Virus record (IMG/VR): IMGVR_UViG_3300017917_002374
Location: 248,001 to 312,000 of that record
Length of the DNA stretch: 64,000 nucleotides
Direction: 5' to 3' (one strand)
Below the pieces are notes generated by a model. That model did no database searches, had not been told where the DNA came from, and saw only the letters and a program-made list of their open reading frames with translations. Shown here piece after piece: positions 37,082-45,761 of this stretch. The position numbers were made by a program, and so were the translations under genes. Within the stretch, counting starts at the first letter, position 1, and the number at the start of each line of letters is the position of its first letter.

Positions 37082-38149
37082 ATGGCAAAACCATTTGATC
37101 TAAGCAAATTTAGAAAAAGCATTACAAAAAGCATTGACGGTATTTCCGTTGGCTTTAACGATCCAGACACTTGGATCAGCACAGGCAACTACACACTAAA
37201 CTATCTTATCAGTGGAGACTTTAACAAAGGCATTCCAATGGGCAAGGTAACTGTGTTTGCAGGTGAATCAGGTGCAGGCAAATCATTTATCTGTTCAGGC
37301 AACTTGATTCGTCATGCACAACAGCAGGGCATTTATCCTATTCTTATTGACACAGAGAATGCGCTGGACGAAGCATGGCTGCATGCACTGGGGGTGGAAA
37401 CCACAGAAGACAAACTGCTAAAACTTAACATGGCCATGATTGATGATGTGGCCAAGGTAATTAGTGACTTTGTTAAAGAGTACAAGACACTACCAGAAGA
37501 TCAACGTCCCAAGGTATTGTTTGTGATTGACAGTTTGGGCATGTTGCTTACTCCAACTGACGTTAATCAGTTTGAAGCAGGAGAAATGAAAGGCGATCTT
37601 GGTCGTAAACCCAAAGCACTTACTGCTCTAGTAAGAAACTGTGTTAACATGTTTGGCAGCTTGAACATTGGCTTGGTTGCAACCAACCACACCTATGCTA
37701 GTCAGGACATGTTTGACCCAGATGACAAGATATCTGGTGGACAAGGTTTTATCTACGCCAGTTCAATTGTGGTTGCCATGCGCAAACTCAAACTCAAAGA
37801 GGACGACGAAGGCAACAAGATCTCAGAAGTTAAAGGTATTCGTGCTGCTTGCAAGGTTATGAAAACACGATATGCCAAACCATTTGAAAGTGTTCAGGTT
37901 AAAATTCCTTATGAAACAGGCATGAGCCCTTATTCAGGCTTAACTGATCTACTGGAAAGCAAAGGTTTGTTGCAGAAAGAAGGCAACAGTCTTAAATACA
38001 CCCTAGCTGATGGCACAGTTATCAAACAGTTCCGCAAGGCCTGGGAACGAAATGATGACGGTACGCTTGACAAGGTCATGGAAGACTTTGTTAAAAATCC
38101 ACATCATGTGGTATCAGCTCAATTACCTGAAGAGGAAATGGCAGAATGA
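37082..38149 (+). CDS. uvsX: RecA-like recombinase UvsX
   Basis: ISTGNY.LN..ISG, FAGESGAGKS Walker A, IDTENA, VIDSLG, ATNHTY, SGGQG..YASS. Confidence 0.95.
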   Translation: MAKPFDLSKFRKSITKSIDGISVGFNDPDTWISTGNYTLNYLISGDFNKGIPMGKVTVFAGESGAGKSFICSGNLIRHAQQQGIYPILIDTENALDEAWLHALGVETTEDKLLKLNMAMIDDVAKVISDFVKEYKTLPEDQRPKVLFVIDSLGMLLTPTDVNQFEAGEMKGDLGRKPKALTALVRNCVNMFGSLNIGLVATNHTYASQDMFDPDDKISGGQGFIYASSIVVAMRKLKLKEDDEGNKISEVKGIRAACKVMKTRYAKPFESVQVKIPYETGMSPYSGLTDLLESKGLLQKEGNSLKYTLADGTVIKQFRKAWERNDDGTLDKVMEDFVKNPHHVVSAQLPEEEMAE

Positions 38150-38391
38150 GCATTGATATAGATGCACTAGTAGACACTTACACTGTGATGAAAGAGTATA
38201 TTTCCAGCAAAGATCGGCAAGCAGCAGCTGATCATGTGTTTAGTATACTCAACGACAGCGGAGTAAGTGAACAAGATCTCAAAATACTTGCTGGTGTAGA
38301 TTCTTACATGAAACGAGCATCATCAGAATATCTTGATCCTGAAGAGGAAGAAGATAACGAGGACCTGGACTACGACTACGGTGACGACTGA
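38146..38391 (+). CDS. Small acidic hypothetical protein
   Basis: Translationally coupled between uvsX and uvsY; D/E-rich tail. Confidence 0.75.
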   Translation: MSIDIDALVDTYTVMKEYISSKDRQAAADHVFSILNDSGVSEQDLKILAGVDSYMKRASSEYLDPEEEEDNEDLDYDYGDD

Positions 38392-38843
38392 TGTGGTACA
38401 ATCGGATAGTACAAGATCTTGGTAATTTACCTGATTTTATATCCTATTACGAAGCGCAATTGCAAGAAGCTAAGTCTGATGTGCGTGTGGCCGGTCTGGT
38501 AGAACGAAATCTATCAGGCCTGCCAGGCGTTACAGAACATCGTTTCAACCAGCTACAAGAGATTGAAGCTGTGTTGGAATTTTTGAACATTCAGTTGCGC
38601 AAGATACGACGCAAGCATTTTCAAAAGTATTTAGAAGCATACGCCCGAGCACTAACCAGTAGAGATGCTGAAAAGTATGTGGACGGAGAAGATGAAGTGG
38701 TTGATTTTGAAACCATTATCAATGAAGTAGCACTGCTGCGTAACCGTTGGTTGGGTATCATGAAAGGTCTTGAAAGCAAGAATTTCATGCTAGGACATAT
38801 CACAAGACTGCGCACAGCAGGCATGGAGGATGTGACTGTATGA
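38391..38843 (+). CDS. uvsY: Recombination mediator UvsY-like
   Basis: Helical 150 aa; DAEKYVDGEDE...K.LESKNF.L..I..LR..G pattern; synteny with gp32/uvsX. Confidence 0.75.
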   Translation: MWYNRIVQDLGNLPDFISYYEAQLQEAKSDVRVAGLVERNLSGLPGVTEHRFNQLQEIEAVLEFLNIQLRKIRRKHFQKYLEAYARALTSRDAEKYVDGEDEVVDFETIINEVALLRNRWLGIMKGLESKNFMLGHITRLRTAGMEDVTV

Positions 38844-39094
38844 CAGATTGTCGTGCTCGTGCAGACAAACTGATAGAAGAATTTAATCTTTGCATGCGAT
38901 CTCGCCCACGAGGAAACGCAGTTGAAGTTCAATTGGAAAAAGACGCTGTGTCGCATTGGGCAGTGTATCTAAATAGACAGCTGGCATGGGGGTCTGAAGT
39001 TGAAATCGCAGAAGCCTGTAATCAACTGGAATCAAGACTAAAAAGTCTACAAGAGAAACTAATTATTGAAATATTGACCAATGGATCACTTTAA
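38840..39094 (+). CDS. Hypothetical protein (84 aa)
   Basis: Overlap-coupled ORF in the operon. Confidence 0.65.
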   Translation: MTDCRARADKLIEEFNLCMRSRPRGNAVEVQLEKDAVSHWAVYLNRQLAWGSEVEIAEACNQLESRLKSLQEKLIIEILTNGSL

Positions 39095-39863
39095 CAATGA
39101 GTATCAAAGTCACGAACACAGTCTTGAAGTACTGAATCTCATAAATCGCTACGAAGATTTCATGGACAGTATTAGCACAGTTGCGGACATGGGCTGCGGA
39201 ATAGGTTCAGACATCGCTTGGTGGGCAAATGCTGAGTATGTTGAAACCACGGAAGATGCACAAGGCAACATCTATGAAACTGTGCGAAAAAGAAACTACA
39301 AATGTTATGCTGTGGATAAAAACACACAACAGGTAGACAAAGAAAACCTACCACCAAATGTGAACTTGATCACGGCTGATTTTGAGCGTAGAAGTCTGCC
39401 CATACCTGTGGACATGATCTGGTGTCATAACAGTTTTCAATATGCAGTAAACCCAATGGCCACACTACGACTGTGGAATGAACAAATGAATGAAAATGGT
39501 ATGTTGTACATCTGCATACCATATCAAAGTACGTATCAAAACAACCGTTTGGTGCTGCGTAGTAACAGTTTTAATTATTACAATCACAACTTTCTCAGCA
39601 TGGTGTACATGTTGGCTGTGAATGGATTTGACTGTCGTGATGCGTATTTTCTCAAGCGCCGTGAAAATCCATGGTTACATCTTGCAGTGTACAAAAGTCA
39701 TCATGCTCCTATGGAACCAGCACAAACTTCATGGTATGATCTTGCTGAACGAAATCTAATCAACGACAGCATGAAAAACAGTTTACACAAGTACGGATAC
39801 ATTAGACAAGAAGACATATTGTATGCTTGGTTAGACAAAGATTTTCACTACGTTGAGGATTGA
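39081..39863 (+). CDS. Class I SAM-dependent methyltransferase
   Basis: VADMGCGIG motif I; DMIWCHNSFQY...NP...L..W...M..NG.L.I. Confidence 0.8.
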   Translation: MDHFNNEYQSHEHSLEVLNLINRYEDFMDSISTVADMGCGIGSDIAWWANAEYVETTEDAQGNIYETVRKRNYKCYAVDKNTQQVDKENLPPNVNLITADFERRSLPIPVDMIWCHNSFQYAVNPMATLRLWNEQMNENGMLYICIPYQSTYQNNRLVLRSNSFNYYNHNFLSMVYMLAVNGFDCRDAYFLKRRENPWLHLAVYKSHHAPMEPAQTSWYDLAERNLINDSMKNSLHKYGYIRQEDILYAWLDKDFHYVED

Positions 39864-39888
39864 CAGCTATTCTGTTTTCGCATACAAT
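39860..39888 (+). promoter_or_regulatory. sigma70 promoter for tRNA cluster 1
   Basis: TTGACA-17 bp-TACAAT, 12 nt before the tRNA. Confidence 0.85.
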
Positions 39889-39900
39889 ACACACTTAATA

Positions 39901-39978
<78 letters not shown>

Positions 39979-40023
39979 GATTTCTTAATAAGTTATTAAC
40001 TTATTAAATATGTAACAAGATTT

Positions 40024-40108
40024 GCGACTGTGGTGAAACAGGTATACACAGCAGACTTAAAATCTGCCGCTGCAAGGCGTGCCGGTTCGATTCCGGCCAG
40101 TCGCACCA
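40024..40108 (+). tRNA. tRNA-Leu(TAA)
   Basis: GCGACTG/CAGTCGC-A-CCA; GCAGA-CT TAA AA-TCTGC; long variable arm. Confidence 0.93.
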
Positions 40109-40114
40109 AGATTT

Positions 40115-40191
40115 CTGACCATAGCTCAGTTGGATAGAGCAACAGCCTTCTAAGCTGTGGGTCGGGGGTTCGAATCCCTCTGGTCAGGCCA
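40115..40191 (+). tRNA. tRNA-Arg(TCT)
   Basis: CTGACCA/TGGTCAG-G-CCA; ACAGC-CT TCT AA-GCTGT. Confidence 0.93.
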
Positions 40192-40267
40192 ACAGATAAA
40201 TAAACTTATGAACAAGCTCTACACTACTGCACGAATACGTAACTATCACACTCAGTGATGGCGTCTT

Positions 40268-40357
40268 CCCACGGTAGCTCAAGGAGAGCAGGAGGCCTTA
40301 TAAGCCTTTCGTCCAGATAAGACCCAGGATGCGGTTCGATTCCGCACCGTGGGACCA
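40268..40357 (+). tRNA. Atypical tRNA with TAT anticodon (nominal Ile) and long variable arm
   Basis: CCCACGG/CCGTGGG-A-CCA; D arm GCTC-AAGGA-GAGC; GAGGC-CT TAT AA-GCCTT; ~21-nt extra arm; T arm TGCGG-TTCGATT-CCGCA. Confidence 0.8.
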
Positions 40358-40363
40358 ATTCAT

Positions 40364-40390
40364 AAAAAAAGCCCCTTTCGGGGCTTTTTG
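40364..40390. terminator. Bidirectional intrinsic terminator
   Basis: AAAAAAAGCCCC-TTTC-GGGGCTTTTT between the convergent tRNA cluster and autotransporter gene. Confidence 0.9.
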
Positions 40391-40398
40391 TTTGGCGC

Positions 40399-42729
40399 TT
40401 AGAATCCTATTCTAAGCATCACACTGCCTGAGGTGCTTTGAATATCTTGACTGTGCAAATGCACAGCACCTAGAACAACAGACACCTTTTCAGAAAGTTG
40501 CTTGCCCACACCAACACGAGACACAGTGAAGTTGGTTGAAGTTTGTGCTACTTCTCCATAAACATTCATGGTACCAAATCTTCGGTCGTAACGTAAACCA
40601 TACTCGTGACTACGTGTGTTTTGATCCACTGCTGCATAGTTCATAGCAGTGATTGCACTACCAGATTCAGCAACTGCATCTCTGCGATTGTTCTCATGTC
40701 TAGCACCCACAAAAGGTCTAAAGCCCACTAGGTCTGGAGTGTACAGTCTAGCACTGAGCCAATAGTCGTTGCCGTTGGTTCTGCTGCTGTTTGAGTAGCC
40801 CAATGCTGGCAGGCTATGACCGGCTGTGAACACATTGTTGGCATAACCCAACTGTGAACTAACAATCCAGTTTCTAGCCACCCAGGTTGAGTTCAACGCA
40901 AAAATATCCTTGGTCAAACTGCCAGTGGCATCATTGCCGCCCATGTTACTATCAAAGCGACTCAAAGATAAACCTACCACTAGGTTTTCACGCACCAGTT
41001 TGTCTAATCCAAATCCATAACGTGAACTCATGATCAGATAGTTATCAAAACTGTAGTCTGCAGTTTTCTCACCAAACGCATAGAAAGAAACAGTTCTAGC
41101 TGAATCTAAATTGCCTTTGAAACTGAGATCTCCATTGATTATAGAATGTCTATTTAACAAGTTATCAGAACTGAGTAGATTGGCCAAACTGTTTGTTTGC
41201 GACAACACAGCATACTGATCAATTCTTGTGTAATAGCTTTGATCTTCACTGGTAGTAGAAACTGTGTTAAAAGTACTGGTAGTAGTGACCACTTGATTGC
41301 TGGTACTGGTAGTTGTTACCGGAGTACCATTGGTAGTGGTAGTTGTACCATCACTGTATGTGGTAACAGTTGTCGGAGTGGTTGTGGTTGTGGTTGTTAC
41401 AGGTGTGGTCTGAGTTATAACTCTGGTCACAGGAGTTGTGGTAACCACTGTGGTATTACGATTGATTTCAAGAGTTTTTTCAGTTTGTGCACCTCTACTG
41501 TCTGTGACAGTGGTCACACTGGTTGGTGTACCTGCTGTGTCTACAGTTGTACTGGTTGTGGTACCATAACTCACTGAAGTTGACACAATGTTTGCCCCGG
41601 GTGCAGTGCTGACCACAGTAGGAGTCATACTAGATACTGAACCTGGTGTACCAGGGTTGGCAATAGTGCCAGAGCCTGTTGCTACACTGGTTGTGGTGTT
41701 GTTACTGTCATAGTAGTAGGTAACTTCACCAATTTGCACACTGTCACAGGCCAGAGTGCCTAGTGCTGCTTGACAGGCTGCTACTGAACCATACTGATCA
41801 ATGGCCTTGATGCTTGGAAATGTGATAAAGTAATACACATAAGCGTTGGTATTGTTGATAGTGATCATGCTGGTTTGGGTATAACGACCACTAACGTTTT
41901 CCAATGTGGTACTTTGGTTGGCAGTGATTTCTGTCCAAGTCACACCGTCGTTTGATCCATACAGTGTAAACTTGGTAGGGTCACGTGGTACAAAGTCGTT
42001 GGCTGTGGTAAATTTAATACCGTCAATGACCTTGCCAGCATTTAGTGTGATAGTAAAACCAGCATTGGCACGATCAAAATTTAGATACTTGCTGCCACTG
42101 GTTCCATCCACTGCCTGCCCGGCACCTTCGCCTGCTGGACTGTTGTTGCTGGTTGGTGTGATATTGGCAATCATGCTTCCAGTAATTGCTGTGGGATTTG
42201 GTGTGCTGCTTCCTCCGCCGCCGCTGCTGGCTGTTTGTCCTGCTCCTAATGGAGTGGTGCTGGCCCAGGTGTATGAGCTGGCATCAGAACTGGACACACT
42301 GGTATCCATGTTGGTGAAACTGCCACTGGATCCGTAAGCATAGCCTGCACTGGTAGTGATCACTGTACCAAAGAATCCTGATCCAATGTAGAACAGAGCA
42401 TCTGGCCCAATTGCTTGTAGTGTTCCGGTGTTGTGAACCACTTGTGCAAGAGTACCATTTGCGTTGTACAATCCTAGACCGTATGTGCCTGGATTGGTGG
42501 TTGAGTTGAAAAATGCAAAATACTGTCCACTGCTGACCGTAGGATGTTGAAAATTCATATCGTATGGGGCAATGAAATTACTAGCATTCAGGGTGGTGCC
42601 AGACCAGTAATATTGAACGTCAAAAATTTGGTTAGTGCTGAAATGTCCGTCTGTGATATCTGCTTTAGCTGGAAGAATGGATAATAGAAAAACAGCAAGA
42701 GTCACAGCGACTCTGCTGAAGAATTTCAT
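40399..42729 (-). CDS. Autotransporter-like outer-membrane protein (signal peptide, discoidin/F5-8-like domain, Thr-rich stalk, beta-barrel)
   Basis: MKFFSRVAVTLAVFLLSILPAKA signal; AVDGTSGSKYLNF...FTTAND...RDP..F.LYGSNDG..WT domain; Thr-rich linker; ~250-aa amphipathic beta-strand C-terminus ending LRIGF; AGGAG RBS. Confidence 0.8.
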   Translation of the reverse strand: MKFFSRVAVTLAVFLLSILPAKADITDGHFSTNQIFDVQYYWSGTTLNASNFIAPYDMNFQHPTVSSGQYFAFFNSTTNPGTYGLGLYNANGTLAQVVHNTGTLQAIGPDALFYIGSGFFGTVITTSAGYAYGSSGSFTNMDTSVSSSDASSYTWASTTPLGAGQTASSGGGGSSTPNPTAITGSMIANITPTSNNSPAGEGAGQAVDGTSGSKYLNFDRANAGFTITLNAGKVIDGIKFTTANDFVPRDPTKFTLYGSNDGVTWTEITANQSTTLENVSGRYTQTSMITINNTNAYVYYFITFPSIKAIDQYGSVAACQAALGTLACDSVQIGEVTYYYDSNNTTTSVATGSGTIANPGTPGSVSSMTPTVVSTAPGANIVSTSVSYGTTTSTTVDTAGTPTSVTTVTDSRGAQTEKTLEINRNTTVVTTTPVTRVITQTTPVTTTTTTTPTTVTTYSDGTTTTTNGTPVTTTSTSNQVVTTTSTFNTVSTTSEDQSYYTRIDQYAVLSQTNSLANLLSSDNLLNRHSIINGDLSFKGNLDSARTVSFYAFGEKTADYSFDNYLIMSSRYGFGLDKLVRENLVVGLSLSRFDSNMGGNDATGSLTKDIFALNSTWVARNWIVSSQLGYANNVFTAGHSLPALGYSNSSRTNGNDYWLSARLYTPDLVGFRPFVGARHENNRRDAVAESGSAITAMNYAAVDQNTRSHEYGLRYDRRFGTMNVYGEVAQTSTNFTVSRVGVGKQLSEKVSVVLGAVHLHSQDIQSTSGSVMLRIGF
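41250..41700 (-). repeat. Thr/Ser/Pro-rich low-complexity stalk
   Basis: TTPVTTTTTTTPTTVTTYSDGTTTTTNGTPVTTT-type sequence; boundaries approximate. Confidence 0.8.
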
Positions 42730-42875
42730 TTTGTAGAGCTCCTTTAAAAAATTAAGAACGGTAGTTGAAAAAGCAGAAGTAGATTGAATTGTTGTTCTTT
42801 TATATCTACAAGGATATTTAACCCAATAAAGTGTGTTATAATCTAGTGTTACAATAGCCAGGATAAGTACACTTT

Positions 42876-43301
42876 ATGGAACTTTCTGAATACGATCCCA
42901 TGCGTCATCACAGCATTGCCTATCCTATGGAAGTGGGTGCGCCTAAATTTGACTTGGTTCCTGTGACCGAGCAAAAAGATCTCATGATAAATGCTGCTAG
43001 AATGCATGCACAGCAGGAGTACGATCGTATCATGGAAGTGGTGCGTGTGTTGCAAAAACAAGCAGAAGACATTAAAAAACGCTTGGATCTGACCGATCAA
43101 GTGCATGCTGCTGCGTATCAAATGCAACTGTATCCTGGGCAAAAATATTGGTTATTTCATGATTCAAAAAAAGGCGGTACAGGACTAACCATAACTGGGC
43201 CCAAGGATTGGAGTACAGGAGTACCCGATCACTATGAATACATAACACAGATACAATGGTTAGGTGATTATACTTGGAGAGAAGTTACAGAAAATGAGTA
43301 A
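42876..43301 (+). CDS. DUF2452-like protein
   Basis: Coiled segment followed by PGQKYWLF...LTITGP.DW pattern resembling DUF2452. Confidence 0.55.
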   Translation: MELSEYDPMRHHSIAYPMEVGAPKFDLVPVTEQKDLMINAARMHAQQEYDRIMEVVRVLQKQAEDIKKRLDLTDQVHAAAYQMQLYPGQKYWLFHDSKKGGTGLTITGPKDWSTGVPDHYEYITQIQWLGDYTWREVTENE

Positions 43302-43917
43302 TTGGTATAAACTGAAGCTACCACCAGTGCCAACAAAATCAAATGTGGATTTAAGAAAATTTAGTGGCACTGGTCTGTGGAACATTTATACTAATCCTTT
43401 ATCAATTCTAAATGATGAACTGGTTAAAAACTTACAAGAACTAGGCGCAGAACCAGATATAATAGTAGTATTTGAATCCATAGAACAGCAGCGTACAAAT
43501 TTTTTTGTACACAAAGATCTGACATGGAAACAAAATAGATGGAAAACTGTACCTTGTGCTATAAATTGGGAGTTACAACCAGTTTCCACAACCGTCAGTT
43601 GGTTTGACACAAGCAATTGCAAGGAATATTGGCCAGAAGCGGATTTTTTAAATACCGAATGGCCTAGAAATTTTTTGAACAGCGTATCATATTCTGATAA
43701 CATACTGAATTTTGGAATACCTAACGGAAGTGAGTTGATACAGCAGGCAGCAATAGATGAAACAACACCAATTTTATTTAGAACTGATATTGCACATGGT
43801 GTTGAATTTAAATCTCGGACACTGGATAGATTTATGTTGAGTTTACGTTTTAAAAACATTTCAAGTTGGGAACATGCAGTTGAAATTTTTCGTAAAGTTA
43901 TTGTTGACAGCAATTAA
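43294..43917 (+). CDS. Hypothetical protein (possible cupin/2OG-Fe(II)-like fold)
   Basis: ATG 43294 overlaps the upstream stop; H.D...AINW...LFRTDIAHGV...R..LS.RF pattern. Confidence 0.55.
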   Translation: MSNWYKLKLPPVPTKSNVDLRKFSGTGLWNIYTNPLSILNDELVKNLQELGAEPDIIVVFESIEQQRTNFFVHKDLTWKQNRWKTVPCAINWELQPVSTTVSWFDTSNCKEYWPEADFLNTEWPRNFLNSVSYSDNILNFGIPNGSELIQQAAIDETTPILFRTDIAHGVEFKSRTLDRFMLSLRFKNISSWEHAVEIFRKVIVDSN

Positions 43918-43932
43918 AAATATAAGTACAAT
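43904..43932 (+). promoter_or_regulatory. sigma70 promoter for tRNA cluster 2 and the heptose genes
   Basis: TTGACA-17 bp-TACAAT, 10 nt before tRNA-Ser. Confidence 0.85.
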
Positions 43933-43942
43933 AGAAGAATAC

Positions 43943-44035
43943 GGAAACGTGGCTGAGTGGCCGAAGGCAGCGGTTTGCTAAACCGTCGATCAGCTTAAAA
44001 CTGGTCCGTGGGTTCGAATCCCACCGTTTCCGCCA
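43943..44035 (+). tRNA. tRNA-Ser(GCT)
   Basis: GGAAACG/CGTTTCC-G-CCA; GCGGT-TT GCT AA-ACCGT; long variable arm. Confidence 0.93.
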
Positions 44036-44041
44036 AACAAT

Positions 44042-44115
44042 TCCGGAGTAGTATAATGGCAGTGCGACGGTCTCCAAAACCGTTAGTGGGGGTTCGATTC
44101 CCTCCTCCGGAGCCA
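44042..44115 (+). tRNA. tRNA-Trp(CCA)
   Basis: TCCGGAG/CTCCGGA-G-CCA; ACGGT-CT CCA AA-ACCGT. Confidence 0.9.
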
Positions 44116-44121
44116 GATCAA

Positions 44122-44523
44122 ATGAAAAAAATATTTGTAAACGGTACATTTGATATTGTACATCGCGGGCATGTTGAAATGCTTAACTATGCTCGTGGCC
44201 TAGGCGATTATCTATTGGTTGCAATTGACACAGACACTAGAGTACAGCAGCTCAAAGGCCCAACTCGTCCTGTTAACATGCTTGTAGATCGCATGTTTCT
44301 GTTAAACAATCTCAAGGCAGTGGATCGTGTGGTTAGTTTTGATTCTGACCAAGAGTTATCTAGCATAATTAAACAGTATGCACCGGACGTTATGGTCAAG
44401 GGCAGCGATTATATAGGACGAGACATCATAGGTGCAGAGCATTGTGCAGCTATTGAATTTTATCAACTGGTAAATGGATACTCAACAACTCAAAAAATAC
44501 AAGATATTGTTAATCGGCGATAA
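44122..44523 (+). CDS. Heptose-1-phosphate nucleotidyltransferase (RfaE/HldE domain II, HldC-like)
   Basis: NGTFDIVHRGH (HxGH), LKGPTRP, VKGSDY, GYSTT; true start at 44122, after tRNA-Trp. Confidence 0.88.
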   Translation: MKKIFVNGTFDIVHRGHVEMLNYARGLGDYLLVAIDTDTRVQQLKGPTRPVNMLVDRMFLLNNLKAVDRVVSFDSDQELSSIIKQYAPDVMVKGSDYIGRDIIGAEHCAAIEFYQLVNGYSTTQKIQDIVNRR

Positions 44524-45244
44524 TGGTGTTGATCAGTACCAATATGGTACTGTGAATCGTATCAGTCCCGAAGCGCCTGTGCCTGTGCTAGATCTTAGCC
44601 ACACAGTAACCAAGCCGGGCATGGCTGCAAATGTTAGAGAAAATCTCCTAGCTCTGGGTTGTGATGTAATCTTTGAACATGGTCTTAAAACCTGTATCAA
44701 AACTCGTGTGATTGATCTGCGCAGCAAACAACAGTTGATACGCATAGATCAAGATCAAGAATCCAAACCAGTAAAAATAAATCATGCAACTCTGGACCGT
44801 TATGACGCCATTGTGATCAGCGACTATGCCAAAGGATCAGTTGATTATGCTACAGTGCAGAACATACGCTATCATTACACAGGCCCTATTTTTGTGGATA
44901 CCAAGAAAACAGACATGGCCAAGTTCAGCGGTTGTATAATCAAGATCAATCAGTTAGAATACGATAGACTGGTTACTCGGCCGGACTCGCTTACAGACAT
45001 GATCGTCACGCAAGGCGATCGTGGTGCAGAATGGAATGGCCGTCTAATACCAGCAGTGCCGGTGGAAGTGGCAGATGTGTGCGGTGCAGGAGATACATTT
45101 TTAGCAGCTCTTGCATATGGATATCTTGAACACAAGGACATGGAGCTAGCCATCAAATTTGCCTTGCGGTCCAGTTCTGTAACTGTACAGCATGTGGGAG
45201 TGTATGCACCCACACTAGAAGAAATTAATCAGGAGAAATCATGA
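44474..45244 (+). CDS. Heptose-7-phosphate kinase (RfaE/HldE domain I, HldA-like, PfkB family)
   Basis: YGTVNRISPEAPVPV, GMAANV..NL.ALG, KTRV, ISDYAKG, DVCGAGDTF. Confidence 0.9.
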   Translation: MDTQQLKKYKILLIGDNGVDQYQYGTVNRISPEAPVPVLDLSHTVTKPGMAANVRENLLALGCDVIFEHGLKTCIKTRVIDLRSKQQLIRIDQDQESKPVKINHATLDRYDAIVISDYAKGSVDYATVQNIRYHYTGPIFVDTKKTDMAKFSGCIIKINQLEYDRLVTRPDSLTDMIVTQGDRGAEWNGRLIPAVPVEVADVCGAGDTFLAALAYGYLEHKDMELAIKFALRSSSVTVQHVGVYAPTLEEINQEKS

Positions 45245-45402
45245 GTGTGAAAAAAGACAGTAAGCGTGATCCGATGAAACACAAGAGTGGCAAACCACGT
45301 TTAGGCCCACTGAATCTAGAGCAGTTAAACAAACTGATGGAAACAGCCCGTCCTAAAGAACGTGCTAAAATTCAGAATCGTATCCGGGCAATTTCACAAT
45401 GA
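45241..45402 (+). CDS. Small basic protein (53 aa, below the ORF-track cutoff)
   Basis: AGGAG RBS; ATGA overlaps at both ends; MSVKKDSKRDPMKHKSGKPRLGPLNLEQLNKLMETARPKERAKIQNRIRAISQ. Confidence 0.7.
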   Translation: MSVKKDSKRDPMKHKSGKPRLGPLNLEQLNKLMETARPKERAKIQNRIRAISQ

Positions 45403-45761
45403 CCAGACTATCAGGCAGAGTAGAGAAAGGCTGGGGCTCTGAAGAAATTTGGGCCACTAACGACAAATACTGTGGCAAGCTCATGCACTTTAATCAAGGT
45501 GCAAAATTCAGCATGCACTTTCATGCTGTGAAAGAAGAAACTTGGTATGTGCTAAGTGGAAAGTTTGTTGTTCGCTGGATTACCACACAAGATGCTTCTG
45601 TAAAAGAAAGAGAACTAGATGCTGGTGACACCTGGCATAATCAACCATTAGTACCACATCAGCTGATTTGCATAGAAGCAGGCACAATCATAGAAGTCAG
45701 CACTCCGGACAGTGTGGAAGACAACTACAGAGTATTACCAGGCGACAGTCAGATCAGCTAG
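45399..45761 (+). CDS. Cupin sugar isomerase (mannose-6-phosphate isomerase C-terminal/lyxose isomerase-like)
   Basis: VEKGWG.E.IW, SMHFHAVKEETWYVLSG, PH.L, EVSTP. Confidence 0.8.
   Translation: MTRLSGRVEKGWGSEEIWATNDKYCGKLMHFNQGAKFSMHFHAVKEETWYVLSGKFVVRWITTQDASVKERELDAGDTWHNQPLVPHQLICIEAGTIIEVSTPDSVEDNYRVLPGDSQIS

Noticed and set aside
32519-38149. Inteins or introns in terminase, SSB or UvsX
   Set aside because: ORFs are uninterrupted and of normal length, with no intein splice motifs recognised.
40208-40279. 23-codon ORF (MNKLYTLLHEYVTITLSDGVFPR) after TAAATA
   Set aside because: Its stop lies inside the tRNA(UAU) and it has no supporting features; more likely a tRNA leader, though it cannot be fully excluded.
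44008-44121. N-terminal extension of the nucleotidyltransferase ORF, and antisense ORF 43898..44149
   Set aside because: Both overlap tRNA-Ser/tRNA-Trp; the real start is ATG 44122.
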